A DNA stretch of 64,000 nucleotides, taken from assembly GCA_965261735.1 (NCBI GenBank), contig OZ253470.1, forward strand, positions 1,408,001-1,472,000. Reading direction: 5' to 3'. The stretch comes from Alphaproteobacteria bacterium (GTDB lineage Bacteria > Pseudomonadota > Alphaproteobacteria > SHVV01). Each line of letters begins with the position of its first letter. Positions within the stretch are counted from its first letter, which is position 1. Position numbers and translations under genes: made by a program. The notes below the pieces were generated by a model. It worked only from the letters and a program-made list of their open reading frames with translations. It was not told where the DNA came from and did not search any database. Below are positions 1 through 8,946 of this stretch, one piece after another.

Positions 1-519
1 ACAGGAGACGGGGACCTTGTGGTGAACACCACGGCCTTCCCCACGCGTTCGCCCGCCAACCCAGGTTTCGTCCACCTCAACATGGTTCTTGGGCTGTCCA
101 CCGATCCTGTCTTGGTTGGGCCGCACCATGCCCGAGCGGAGCTTGTGGAGAATTTGAAAGGCCGTCTCGTAGCGCGAAAGACCAAGTTGCCGCTGAAACT
201 GCACGGCGGACATGCCGGGCGTCTGACTGGCGACCAGATAAGCGGCCCAGAACCAGACGTTCAGCGGAGTGTGGCTACGCTCCATCACTGTTCCCACCGT
301 CAGCCCGGTGTTCTAGCGGCACTTGCGGCAGCGCAGGACGCCAGGGCGGTTTTCAAAGTGGAACGGCTCTCCCGCCGTGCCGCAGTGCGGGCAAGCAAAG
401 CCGTCTCCCCAGCGGGCTTTCTCCAGGTAGGCGGCGCAGGCCGCATCATCGGGGAAAAGTCGCTGGAACTCGGGTAGCGAATGCGGGAATGGGAGATCGG
501 CGCGGTCGAGAACATCCAT
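1..519 (-). pseudogene. IS1595 transposase with a premature stop
   Basis: Same N-terminus as 1597..2616 (MDVLDRADLP...CPHC...CRKCR), but the CAG codon of copy 2 is TAG here (313-315). Confidence 0.85.
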
Positions 520-591
520 GGCGCGCTCCCCTATATCCGGTTTGCGCCCATTCTAGCCCTAGTGGGTGTGGGTGTAAACCGGATAGGAAAG
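1..591 (-). mobile_element. IS1595-family element, copy 1 (partial, runs off the window start)
   Basis: Near-identical reverse complement of 1525..2115. Terminus reads CTTTCCTATCCGGTTTAC on the minus strand from 591. Confidence 0.9.
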
Positions 592-1524
592 CTTCGGAGT
601 TCGAGACGCTTTATTCCCACATGGGTCGCCCATCGATCCCGCCGGAGAAGCTTCTTCGAGCGTTACTGTTGCAAGCGTTTTATTCGATCCGCTCGGAGCG
701 TCAGCTGATGGAGCAGCTAAACTTCAACATGCTGTTTTGCTGGTTTGTGGGGCTTGGGCTGGACGATGGCGTGTGGGACGCCAGCGCGTTCTGCCACAAC
801 CGGGACCGTCTTCTGGAGGCGGAGGTTTCGGGGCAGCTGCTTGCGGGGGTTATCCAGCACCACAAGGTAGGGGGACTATTGAGCCGGGATCATTTTTTCG
901 GTAGACGGAACATTGATCGAGGCCTGGGCGTCGATGAAGAGCTTTCGTCCCAAAGGTGAGGACGATGGCGACGGGGGATCGGGGCGCAACGCCGCGCGGG
1001 ATTTTCATGGCGAGAAACGCTCGAACGCGACCCATGCAAGCACCACTGATCCGGACGCCCGGCTTTATCGCAAGGGTAATGGCCGGGAAAGCAAGCTGTG
1101 TTACATGGGCCATGCGCTGACGGAGAACCGCCATGGTCTGGCAGTCGGCGGCGGCGTGACCATTGCGTCGGGCACGGCGGAACGCGAAGCCGCCCTTGAT
1201 CTGATCGACAGGCATCGCCCGGTGGAGAGTAGAGGCGGGCGGCGTCGGATCACGGTGGGCGGGGACAAGGGTTTTGACGTCGCGGATTTTGTCGAGGAAC
1301 TGCGGCACCGCAAGGTGACCCCCCATATCGCCGTCCAGGACCACGTCACCAAGACCGGCAAGCGGCGCAAGACCAAGATAGACGGGCGCACGACGCGCCA
1401 TCCCGGTTACGGCGTCAGCCAACGTTGCCGCAAGCGCATCGAGGAGGTCTTCGGCTGGGTCAAGACGAGCGCGGGATTGAGCAAGACCAAATTCCGGGGC
1501 CGCCACCGGGTCGACGCTTCGTTC

Positions 1525-2629
1525 CTTACCTATCCGGTTTACACCCACACCCACTAGGGCTAGAATGGGCGCAACCCGGATATAGGGGAGCGCGCCATGG
1601 ATGTTCTCGACCGCGCCGATCTCCCATTCCCGCATTCGTTACCCGAGTTCCAGCGACTTTTCCCCGATGATGCGGCCTGCGCCGCCTACCTGGAGAAAGC
1701 CCGCTGGGGAGACGGCTTTGCCTGCCCGCACTGCGGCACGGCGGGAGAGCCGTTCCACTTTGAAAACCGCCCTGGCGTCCTGCGCTGCCGCAAGTGCCGC
1801 CAGAACACCGGGCTGACGGTGGGAACAGTGATGGAGCGTAGCCACACTCCGCTGAACGTCTGGTTCTGGGCCGCTTATCTGGTCGCCAGTCAGACGCCCG
1901 GCATGTCCGCCGTGCAGTTTCAGCGGCAACTTGGTCTTTCGCGCTACGAGACGGCCTTTCAAATTCTCCACAAGCTCCGCTCGGGCATGGTGCGGCCCAA
2001 CCAAGACAGGATCGGTGGACAGCCCAAGAACCATGTTGAGGTGGACGAAACCTGGGTTGGCGGGCGAACGCGTGGGGAAGGCCGTGGTGTTCACCACAAG
2101 GTTCCCGTCTCCTGTGCCATCGAGGTGCGTCATCGAAAGCCGGGCACCAAGCTCGACAACCGGAAAGACGGACGCTATGCCGGACGCGTTCGGCTCGCCG
2201 TCGTGCTCGACCGTAGCGCCGAGTCGCTCTGTGGGTTCGTCGAGAGCACCGTCGCGCCGCGATCGCTGATCGTTACTGACGATTGGAGCGGCTATGCTGG
2301 CCTCGGTAAGCGCGGCTATGAGCACTTCGCTGTTGCCGAGTGTGGTGATCCAGAGGTTGCCGAGCAATACCTGCCGATCATCCATCTGGTTTTCGCCAAC
2401 CTGAAGACGTGGCTGATCGGTATCCACCACGGCGTTAGCCACCAGCACCTACAAGCCTACCTCAACGAGTTCACCTTCCGCTTCAACAGGCGGTTCTACC
2501 CGTTCAACGCCTTCCGCTCATTGCTCGGCATCGCGGGCGACACCTCTGCTCCAACCTATGCCGAGCTTTACTCGGGAGAGTGGCGGCACCCTACATGTAG
2601 CGGTCATGGGCGTTAACCGGATAGGCAAG
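1525..2629 (+). mobile_element. IS1595-family element, copy 2 (complete, 1105 bp)
   Basis: Terminal inverted repeats CTTACCTATCCGGTTTAC and GTTAACCGGATAGGCAAG. Flanks CTTCGTTC (1517-1524) and GATCGTTC (2630-2637) form an imperfect 8-bp target duplication. Confidence 0.92.
1597..2616 (+). CDS. IS1595-family (ISXO2-like) DDE transposase
   Basis: Zn ribbon CPHC...CRKC; VEVDETWVGG; VTDDWSGY; YLNEFTFRFNRR. Confidence 0.93.
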   Translation: MDVLDRADLPFPHSLPEFQRLFPDDAACAAYLEKARWGDGFACPHCGTAGEPFHFENRPGVLRCRKCRQNTGLTVGTVMERSHTPLNVWFWAAYLVASQTPGMSAVQFQRQLGLSRYETAFQILHKLRSGMVRPNQDRIGGQPKNHVEVDETWVGGRTRGEGRGVHHKVPVSCAIEVRHRKPGTKLDNRKDGRYAGRVRLAVVLDRSAESLCGFVESTVAPRSLIVTDDWSGYAGLGKRGYEHFAVAECGDPEVAEQYLPIIHLVFANLKTWLIGIHHGVSHQHLQAYLNEFTFRFNRRFYPFNAFRSLLGIAGDTSAPTYAELYSGEWRHPTCSGHGR

Positions 2630-2699
2630 GATCGTTCACCCTGGCCTTCGCCGCCTACAACCTCGTCCGACTACCCAGACTGCTGGCGGAGGCGCCAAC

Positions 2700-2861
2700 A
2701 TGACGGGCGATGCCGGCACGCCGCTGACCGCAAAGTGGCAGATCATCGAACTGGACGAAGCCCAGGGCATCGGATCGGTCGAGATTGAAGACGGTTTCAC
2801 CCTAAGACACGAAATCTCATTTCATTTCGGCGATGAATCCGAGTTCAAGGCCCGGCAATGA
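2700..2861 (+). CDS. Small 53-aa passenger ORF inside the IS5 right arm, possibly an internally deleted remnant
   Basis: ATGA overlap with the transposase stop. Translation MTGDAGTPLTAKWQIIELDEAQGIGSVEIEDG...FHFGDESEFKARQ. Below the ORF-track cutoff. Confidence 0.45.
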   Translation: MTGDAGTPLTAKWQIIELDEAQGIGSVEIEDGFTLRHEISFHFGDESEFKARQ

Positions 2862-2880
2862 TGACTTTTTCAGCAGCCTG

Positions 2881-3312
2881 CTAGACTACATACTGGCGCT
2901 GCTCGGCCCCTGGGGGTGCCGCCAGATTGGCTACCCACTGTGGGCTAATCTGAATGGGGTGCCGTGGAGCCGCTACGACTTCGGATATCCAACGCCGCCG
3001 CGCTTCGTCAAAGTCGTGGAGAACCCGAACGGATTCGTCCTCCAAGATTGGATCGAAGAGGACAACACACACTATTTGGACGACGTTTTCGAGATCGTCG
3101 GGCGCGGCGACATCAACGACGATGGCCTCGACGACATCATCGTCAGGAGCACGACCGTCTTCTACGATACATTGAGCAGCGATTCCGAGCTTTACCTGGT
3201 CTCGCGCGCCCACGCCGACGATATCCTCCGCGTCGTCGAGGTCTTGAGCCCGCTCGCCAGCGACCGCAACAACTGCGTTCCGGGAACGCTACAGCTGTGG
3301 AAGCCGCGGTAG
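2881..3312 (+). pseudogene. 3' part of a paralogue of the secreted protein at 3535..4395, interrupted by IS5
   Basis: LDYILALLG...ANLNGVPWSRYDFGY...FEIVGRGDINDDGLDDIIV aligns with LDYMPAMLG...ANRDGVPWNRFDFGY...FEIIGRGDFNDDGLDDLLV. Begins exactly at the CTAG target. Confidence 0.85.
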
Positions 3313-3356
3313 GTTGCGGCGGCGCCAGGGCACGACAATCTGGGCGCGGCCCGCGC

Positions 3357-3533
3357 TCATAACAGGACCGGGCCCGCATCGACGGTGAGGGCGGGATTGG
3401 CCGCGCGACCCCACTGGATCACCGGTTTCAGTTCGACCCGCTTCTTGAAGTCGACCCAGCAGGGCTCTGCTTGGCGGCCTCGAGCAGCCGGACGCGCACT
3501 TTCTGGTTGCGTGGTTCGGCGCTAACATCCGGC
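3357..3533 (-). pseudogene. Orphan 3' fragment of a lysozyme-like gene paralogous to 4440..5420
   Basis: Minus strand reads PDVSAEPRNQKVRVRLLEAAKQ, then a 1-bp gap, then PCWVDFKKRVELKPVIQWGRAANPALTVDAGPVLL*. The intact gene reads ...AERNDKTREWLLEAAKQEPCWVDFKKRVQLKPVIQWGRAANPDLTIDPGPILL*. Confidence 0.85.
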
Positions 3534-3534
3534 C

Positions 3535-4395
3535 ATGGCGCGCACTCGAATCATAGCCGTTCTAGCCTGGGCGCTCTGCGTATGCGCCGGCGTCCTGTCC
3601 GCCTCGGCTGCCGCCCAGCGCTACCCGGTGTGGTGGGCGCCGGAGATCGGGATCGCGAGCCTCGACGAGATCGACGCGCTGCTCGCCAAGCCGTTTGCCG
3701 AAGAGCACCGCCACTGGCTCTACAAGTTTGAGTACAGGGGAAGGTGGGAGTCGCCCTTCGTCGACCAGCAGCCGATCGACGACTGCCTGTCGTTGTTCGA
3801 GCGGCTGGCGGCCGGCTACGAGTCAGGTGTCGAAGATCGGGACGAGCTGCTGGCCTACCGCCGCACCTATCCTCGGTGCTACGCCCTGCTTGCGCTCAAG
3901 CGGGCCAAGCCGGCGAGAGTGAGCTACGTGCGCGACTTCGTCATGGACGCGAACACCCTCGATTACATGCCGGCGATGCTCGGCTACTGGTGGTGCAGTC
4001 CCCGCTCGTACCCGCAGGTCGTACGAGCGAACCGCGACGGCGTTCCGTGGAACCGCTTCGATTTTGGCTACGAATCCGGGTGGGGCTACCGGGTGGGCGT
4101 GGTGAAGAACCGCAACGTCTTCGTTCTTCAGACGTGGGCCGAGGACCACGGTCGCCGCTACGATGAAATATTCGAGATCATTGGCCGCGGGGATTTCAAC
4201 GATGACGGTCTGGACGACCTCCTCGTACGCGTGACGGTCGCCGATCATCCTCCTGAGGACGTTATTTCGGAGCTGTTCCTGCTGTCGCGGGTCCATACCG
4301 ACAGCGTACTTCGCGTTGCCGCGATCCTGAGCCCCTTGGACAACGAACGCAACCGCTGCGCGCCGGGGCCCGACGAGCTGTGGAGACGGCGATAA
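3535..4395 (+). CDS. Exported hypothetical protein with an FG-GAP-like Ca-binding loop; candidate immunity protein
   Basis: Signal peptide MARTRIIAVLAWALCVCAGVLSASAAA; GDFNDDGLDDLLV motif; a paralogue lies upstream. Confidence 0.8.
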   Translation: MARTRIIAVLAWALCVCAGVLSASAAAQRYPVWWAPEIGIASLDEIDALLAKPFAEEHRHWLYKFEYRGRWESPFVDQQPIDDCLSLFERLAAGYESGVEDRDELLAYRRTYPRCYALLALKRAKPARVSYVRDFVMDANTLDYMPAMLGYWWCSPRSYPQVVRANRDGVPWNRFDFGYESGWGYRVGVVKNRNVFVLQTWAEDHGRRYDEIFEIIGRGDFNDDGLDDLLVRVTVADHPPEDVISELFLLSRVHTDSVLRVAAILSPLDNERNRCAPGPDELWRRR

Positions 4396-4439
4396 CTTGC
4401 ATCAACGCTAACGCAAGGCAAACTCGGCGCGGCCCACAC

Positions 4440-5420
4440 TCACAGCAGGATCGGGCCCGGGTCGATGGTGAGGTCGGGGTTCGCCGCCCTGCCCCACTGG
4501 ATCACCGGTTTCAATTGCACCCGCTTCTTGAAGTCGACCCAGCAGGGCTCCTGCTTGGCCGCCTCGAGCAGCCATTCGCGGGTCTTGTCGTTCCTCTCGG
4601 CTTGAGCCTGTGTGCGATGTGACAGCGCCGCCGCCCGCTTCCAATTCCTCGTATTGACCGCCTTGCCGAATTTCCCCTCTTGATGGTCTTCCGCACCCTT
4701 GGCGCCCAGCTGGTAGGCCATGTCGAGGACCGCGAGCTTGGCTTCGTGGGGGTACGTGTCGAAAGCGCTGAATTCCTTCCGTCTCCTGACCTCTTTGATC
4801 TTTATGTCGATATCTATTAGGGCGAGTTCTATGGCCCTGTTCTCTCTGATCTCGGCCTCGGTTTCGCTGTGGGCTAGCCACGGCTTGTTTACTTCGCCCT
4901 GGTGCGTGACTCTCGCGAAATCGTCGCTTAGGACCTTGTCCGAGGCCGGCGCGCCGCCCACCTTGAGCACGAAGTAGTCGCGTAGGCGATGCGCCTCCCC
5001 GACATCGGGGAGCCAATGGCCGAAGCCGACGGTCATCTCGCCGCCCCCGTCGAGGTGCATGAAGCCGATGTAGTTGCCGCGGTAGTTTTCCACCCCTTTT
5101 AGGTGTTCCAGGAGCTCGTTCACGTAGTCCTTGTGTTCGGGCGCGGTCATGTCGCGGCTGAAGGTCTCCTGGCTGAAGTCGATGAAGGGGTGGCAGGTGT
5201 CGGATTTGACGAGGATCTCCTTGTTGCCCGCGGGCGCCACCGCCCAGCGCGCCGCGCCGAGGCGGAGTAGCTCCTCGGCGAGCACGGCTCGCGGGGTCGC
5301 GCGCGCCTTGAGCAGCGCGACCTGCTCGATGCGCTCGCAGAACTGGCGCGCCCAGGCGGGTCCGCCGAGCTTCGCCGCCTTGCACTCGATGTCCGCGCGG
5401 GTGGGATCGCCTGCCGTCAT
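4440..5420 (-). CDS. Lysozyme-like (GH24/T4-type muramidase) domain protein with N- and C-terminal extensions
   Basis: E...FMHLDGGGEMTVGFGH resembles the E-x-D-x-T GH24 motif. FDTYP...AVLDMAYQLG...KF.KAV...NW..AA resembles the T4-lysozyme-like C-lobe. GGAG RBS upstream. Confidence 0.72.
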   Translation of the reverse strand: MTAGDPTRADIECKAAKLGGPAWARQFCERIEQVALLKARATPRAVLAEELLRLGAARWAVAPAGNKEILVKSDTCHPFIDFSQETFSRDMTAPEHKDYVNELLEHLKGVENYRGNYIGFMHLDGGGEMTVGFGHWLPDVGEAHRLRDYFVLKVGGAPASDKVLSDDFARVTHQGEVNKPWLAHSETEAEIRENRAIELALIDIDIKIKEVRRRKEFSAFDTYPHEAKLAVLDMAYQLGAKGAEDHQEGKFGKAVNTRNWKRAAALSHRTQAQAERNDKTREWLLEAAKQEPCWVDFKKRVQLKPVIQWGRAANPDLTIDPGPILL

Positions 5421-5452
5421 GGTTCTTCTCCGTCAATCTTGATGCGCCACCC

Positions 5453-6470
5453 TCAGCGGATGGCGCGGCCGATGGGGCCGTTGCGCAGGATGTCGTCGAG
5501 GATCGCGGCCTTGGTGCGGGCGATGATGCGGTCGCCCTCGGTACGTAGCACGGCGACCGCCGCCGGGCTCGCGCCGCGGAAGTCGAAGTTGAAGGTCTGG
5601 TGGAAGTTGACGACGGTGCGGGCGGTTGCCGCAGCGGCGCGCCCTGCGCCCGCGAGCCGGTTGTGGGGCACGATGGCGCCGGCGGCGGCGGGCACGAAAA
5701 GCTCGGGCCCCGCCTCGCCCACGAGATAGGGGATGCGGGGCAGCACCGGCCTGCCGTGCTGCTTGCCGAAGATACCGGTGAGGCCGCCCCTGAGCAGCTC
5801 CGAGATCGGCGCGACGACGCCGGTGCGGAGCATGTCGCTCGCGATGTCGTCGAGGATGCTCGAGGCGATGTCGCGCAGGCGCTTGAACTCGAACTCGTTC
5901 GACCGCACCATGTCGCCGGACCGCGCGGGTCACGCGGCCCATGCCGCGCTCCATGATGGTCGTGACGGCACCCACGGCCTCAGCGACGGGTCCCACCATC
6001 GCCGCATCGAGCTGGCCGAACGTCCCGTTGATGGCGTCGAGCGTCGCGGGCATGGATTTGTCGATATCCTCTTGGAGCTTGCGAAAGGCCACGCTCGCCG
6101 CCGTGGTGTCCACCTGTACGCCCTTCAGGGTCTCGCGCAGGGGCTCGTACACCGCCTCGGTGTCCCGCCGCAGGCCCTTCAGGGACTCGCGCAGGGACTC
6201 GCGCGCCGCCTCCAAACCCTCCGTCGGGATCCGAGGAACGTGCGCGTTGCCCGTAGCGCCACCGGGGGCGTCCGCCGTTTCCGCCTTGCGGCCCGGCAGC
6301 TTGAGGCCGGCGAGGCCCTGGCGCAGACCCGCCAGGCTTTCGCGCAGGGGCGCCAGCGGCGCCTTGATCTTCTCGACCGCCTGGGCGACCATCTTGTGCG
6401 CCCGGTCCAAGTCCGCGCCGAGGCGCGGCGTATCCACCACGAATTTTATTAGAAACTCATCGTTTGCCAT
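5453..6470 (-). pseudogene. Short phage tail tape-measure-like protein, split by a 1-bp frameshift (about 5918-5919)
   Basis: ATG at 6470 with AGGAG RBS (MANDEFLIKFVVDTPRLGADLDRA); helical Ala/Leu-rich body; second frame carries HGRPV...YLVGEAGPELFVP, typical of tape-measure C-termini. May be intact if the indel is a sequencing error. Confidence 0.68.
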
Positions 6471-6579
6471 CGTTGCTCCTGCTCGCGGCGCATCCGCGTG
6501 CGCCCGATCATTCCGTTCTCCCGGCGCTCTCGATGCCCTCGTTCTATCAACCCGAACAACCGCGGGCCTGATCACTCAT

Positions 6580-6648
6580 TGATACGTTCGGTGTCCTATC
6601 GTGATGCGCATGATACGTTGCGCATCGCATAATGTCTATATCTTGTGC
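6580..6648. promoter_or_regulatory. Putative operator region upstream of the tape-measure-like gene
   Basis: Inverted repeat GATGCGCA-N8-TGCGCATC (6603-6626); direct repeat TGATACGTT at 6580 and 6611; locally AT-rich. Confidence 0.4.
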
Positions 6649-6742
6649 TACGGAGCTGCTCTGCACCCAGGTCATGGGTCTCAGGGCTGCACCGTGGCGC
6701 CGCACCGGCGCCCGGCACGCCGACCCTTTGCGAAAACGCGCT

Positions 6743-7684
6743 CTAGTCCTCGAGGCCGGCGAGGGCGCGGGCGAAGGCGCGCGCCTCGAAGGGCTGCAGG
6801 TCGTCGATCCCCTCGCCGACGCCGATGGCGTGCACGGGCAGGCCGAAGCGGCTCGCCAGCGCGACCAGCACGCCGCCCTTGGCGGTGCCGTCGAGCTTGG
6901 TCATGACGAGGCCCGTGACCTCGCAGACGTCGCGGAAGGTCTCGACCTGGCTGTGCGCGTTCTGGCCGGTGGTGGCGTCGAGCACCAGAAGCGAGCTGTG
7001 CGGCGCGCTCGCGTCGAGCTTGCGCACCACGCGCACGATCTTGGCCAGCTCGTCCATCAGGTGCGCCTTGTTTTGCAACCGTCCGGCGGTGTCGATCAGC
7101 AGCACGTCGGCGCCCTCGACCCCCGCCCTCTGCAGGGCCTCGAAGGCGAGGCCGGCCGAGTCCGACCCTGGCGCCCGGGCGACCACCTCGGCACCAGCAC
7201 GCTCGCCCCAGATCTTGAGCTGGTCGATGGCGGCGGCGCGAAAGGTGTCCGCGGCCGCCAGCACGACGTGCAGGCCCTGGCCGCGGAAACGATGCGCGAG
7301 CTTGCCGATGGTCGTGGTCTTGCCGGTGCCGTTGACCCCGGCGACGAGGATGACGTGGGGCTTGTGGCCGGCATCGATGTTGAGCGGCCGCGCCACCGGC
7401 TCGAGGATCGCGGCCACTTCCTCCGCGAGCGCCGCGCGCACTTGGTCGGCGCCGTCGCTTTCGACGCGGGTGCGCGCGATTCGCTGCGTCACCGCGGCCG
7501 CGGCCGCGACGCCGAGGTCGGCGGCGATCAGGAGCTCCTCGATCTCCTCGAGCGCGCGTCCGTCGAGGCGTTGCCGGCTTAGAACGCCAGCGATGCCCTC
7601 GCCGAGGGTGCGGCTCGAACGCGCGAGGCCCGCACGCAGGCGGCCGAGCCAGCCGTGCGCGTCGCCCGCGCCGGGCTCGCTCAT
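6743..7684 (-). CDS. ftsY: Signal recognition particle receptor FtsY
   Basis: GVNGTGKTTTIGK, DTFRAAA, DTAGRLQ, TKLDGTAKGG. Confidence 0.97.
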   Translation of the reverse strand: MSEPGAGDAHGWLGRLRAGLARSSRTLGEGIAGVLSRQRLDGRALEEIEELLIAADLGVAAAAAVTQRIARTRVESDGADQVRAALAEEVAAILEPVARPLNIDAGHKPHVILVAGVNGTGKTTTIGKLAHRFRGQGLHVVLAAADTFRAAAIDQLKIWGERAGAEVVARAPGSDSAGLAFEALQRAGVEGADVLLIDTAGRLQNKAHLMDELAKIVRVVRKLDASAPHSSLLVLDATTGQNAHSQVETFRDVCEVTGLVMTKLDGTAKGGVLVALASRFGLPVHAIGVGEGIDDLQPFEARAFARALAGLED

Positions 7685-8946
7685 GCGGCGATGCGGCCGA
7701 CGAGCGCGCCCTCGGCAACGCCGGTGGCCATGGCGGTGACCACGGTACCGGGGGCCGGCGCGGGCCCCTCGGCATCGAGCACCAGCGGCGCGAAATGCTC
7801 CGTCCGCCCGAGGCGATCCTTCTCGATCAGCACCTCGGCGGATCGACCCACGCGCGTCGCCAGGAAGCCGGCGAGGGCCGCGGCGCCGGCCTCGCGCAGC
7901 CGCCCGCCGCGCTCCTTGCGCACGCCCACAGGAAGCTGCGGCATGCGCGCGGCGGCGGTGCCGGTGCGTACTGAGTAGGGGAACACGTGGAGGTAGGTGA
8001 GGCCGCAGGCCTCGACGACATCGAGGGTGCGGGCGAACATCGCCTCGGTCTCTGTCGGGAACCCGGCGATCAGGTCGGCGCCGAACACCATGTCAGGGCG
8101 CACCCGCCGTAGCCGCGCGCACAGCGCGATCGCATCGGCGCGCAGGTGGCGCCGCTTCATGCGCTTGAGGATGACGTCGTCGCCGGCCTGCAGGCTCAGA
8201 TGGAGGTGCGGCATCAGGCGCGGCTCGTGGGCGAAGAGCGCGACCAGCTCCTCATCGACCTCGATGGGATCGATCGAGGACAGCCGCAACCGCGCGAGCT
8301 CGGGGACCCGCCGGAGCACCTCGCCCACAAGGCCGCCGAGAGCCGGCCGGCCGGCTATCTCCTGGCCGTAGGCGCCGATGTCGACGCCGGTCAGCACGAT
8401 CTCGGCAAAGCCCTGCTCGACGAGGCCGCGCACCTGCTCGACCACCGCGCCGGGCGCGACGCTACGGCTCGGCCCGCGGGCGAAGGGGATGATGCAGAAG
8501 GTGCAGCGATGGTCGCAGCCGTTCTGTATCTGAACGAAGGCGCGGGAGCGGCCCGCGAACCCGGTGATGAGATGGCCCGCGGTCTCGCGCACGGCCATGA
8601 TGTCGCTGACGCGCCGCGGCGCGGCCCCCGCCGTATAGCTCGCTGGATCGAGCTTGTCGGCGTTGCCGAGCACGCGCGCAACGCCTGGCAGCGCGGCGAA
8701 GGCGTCGGGCTCGAGCTGGGCTGCGCATCCGGTGACGATGATCGGGGCGTCCGGCCGATCGCGGTGCGCGCGCCGGATCGCCTGGCGCGCCTGGCGCGCG
8801 GCCTCGCCCGTGACCGCGCAGGTGTTGACGATGACCGCGCCCGCGAGGCCCGCGCACGCTGCGTGGCCGCGTATGACCTCCGATTCGAACGCATTGAGCC
8901 GGCAGCCGAAGGTGATGATTTCGGGGCCGCGCGGCGCCTCGCTCAT
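7681..8946 (-). CDS. mtaB: tRNA t6A37 methylthiotransferase MtaB
   Basis: [24 protein letters not shown]; lies in the usual dapF-mtaB-ftsY order. Start placed at MSEAPRG. Confidence 0.93.
   Translation of the reverse strand: MSEAPRGPEIITFGCRLNAFESEVIRGHAACAGLAGAVIVNTCAVTGEAARQARQAIRRAHRDRPDAPIIVTGCAAQLEPDAFAALPGVARVLGNADKLDPASYTAGAAPRRVSDIMAVRETAGHLITGFAGRSRAFVQIQNGCDHRCTFCIIPFARGPSRSVAPGAVVEQVRGLVEQGFAEIVLTGVDIGAYGQEIAGRPALGGLVGEVLRRVPELARLRLSSIDPIEVDEELVALFAHEPRLMPHLHLSLQAGDDVILKRMKRRHLRADAIALCARLRRVRPDMVFGADLIAGFPTETEAMFARTLDVVEACGLTYLHVFPYSVRTGTAAARMPQLPVGVRKERGGRLREAGAAALAGFLATRVGRSAEVLIEKDRLGRTEHFAPLVLDAEGPAPAPGTVVTAMATGVAEGALVGRIAA

Larger units (their letters stand above)
592..2703 (+). 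pseudogene. IS5-family transposase, in pieces (592..1524 and 2638..2703)
   Basis: GRPSIPPEKLLRALLLQAFYSIRSERQLMEQL, HF/SVDGTLIEAWAS (extra T in the T run at 893-898), GGDKGFD, RKRIEEVFGW. The C-terminus TLAFAAYNLVRLPRLL* resumes after the IS1595 insertion. Confidence 0.88.
592..2880 (+). mobile_element. IS5-family element, disrupted; left end outside the window
   Basis: IS5-type transposase fragments. Right end TTTTTCAGCAGCCTG is followed by CTAG (2881-2884), a typical IS5 target. Confidence 0.8.

Noticed and set aside
893-898. Programmed frameshift in the IS5 transposase
   Set aside because: The element is already disrupted twice, and one extra T in a conserved HFSVDGT motif is better explained by mutation or error.
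2833-2880. N-terminus of the 2833..3312 ORF (MNPSSRPGNDDFFSSL)
   Set aside because: It is encoded by the IS5 right end and is only a chance in-frame fusion to the gene remnant.
4440-6470. Intact prophage
   Set aside because: Only two phage-like genes; no structural, packaging, holin or integration genes in the window.
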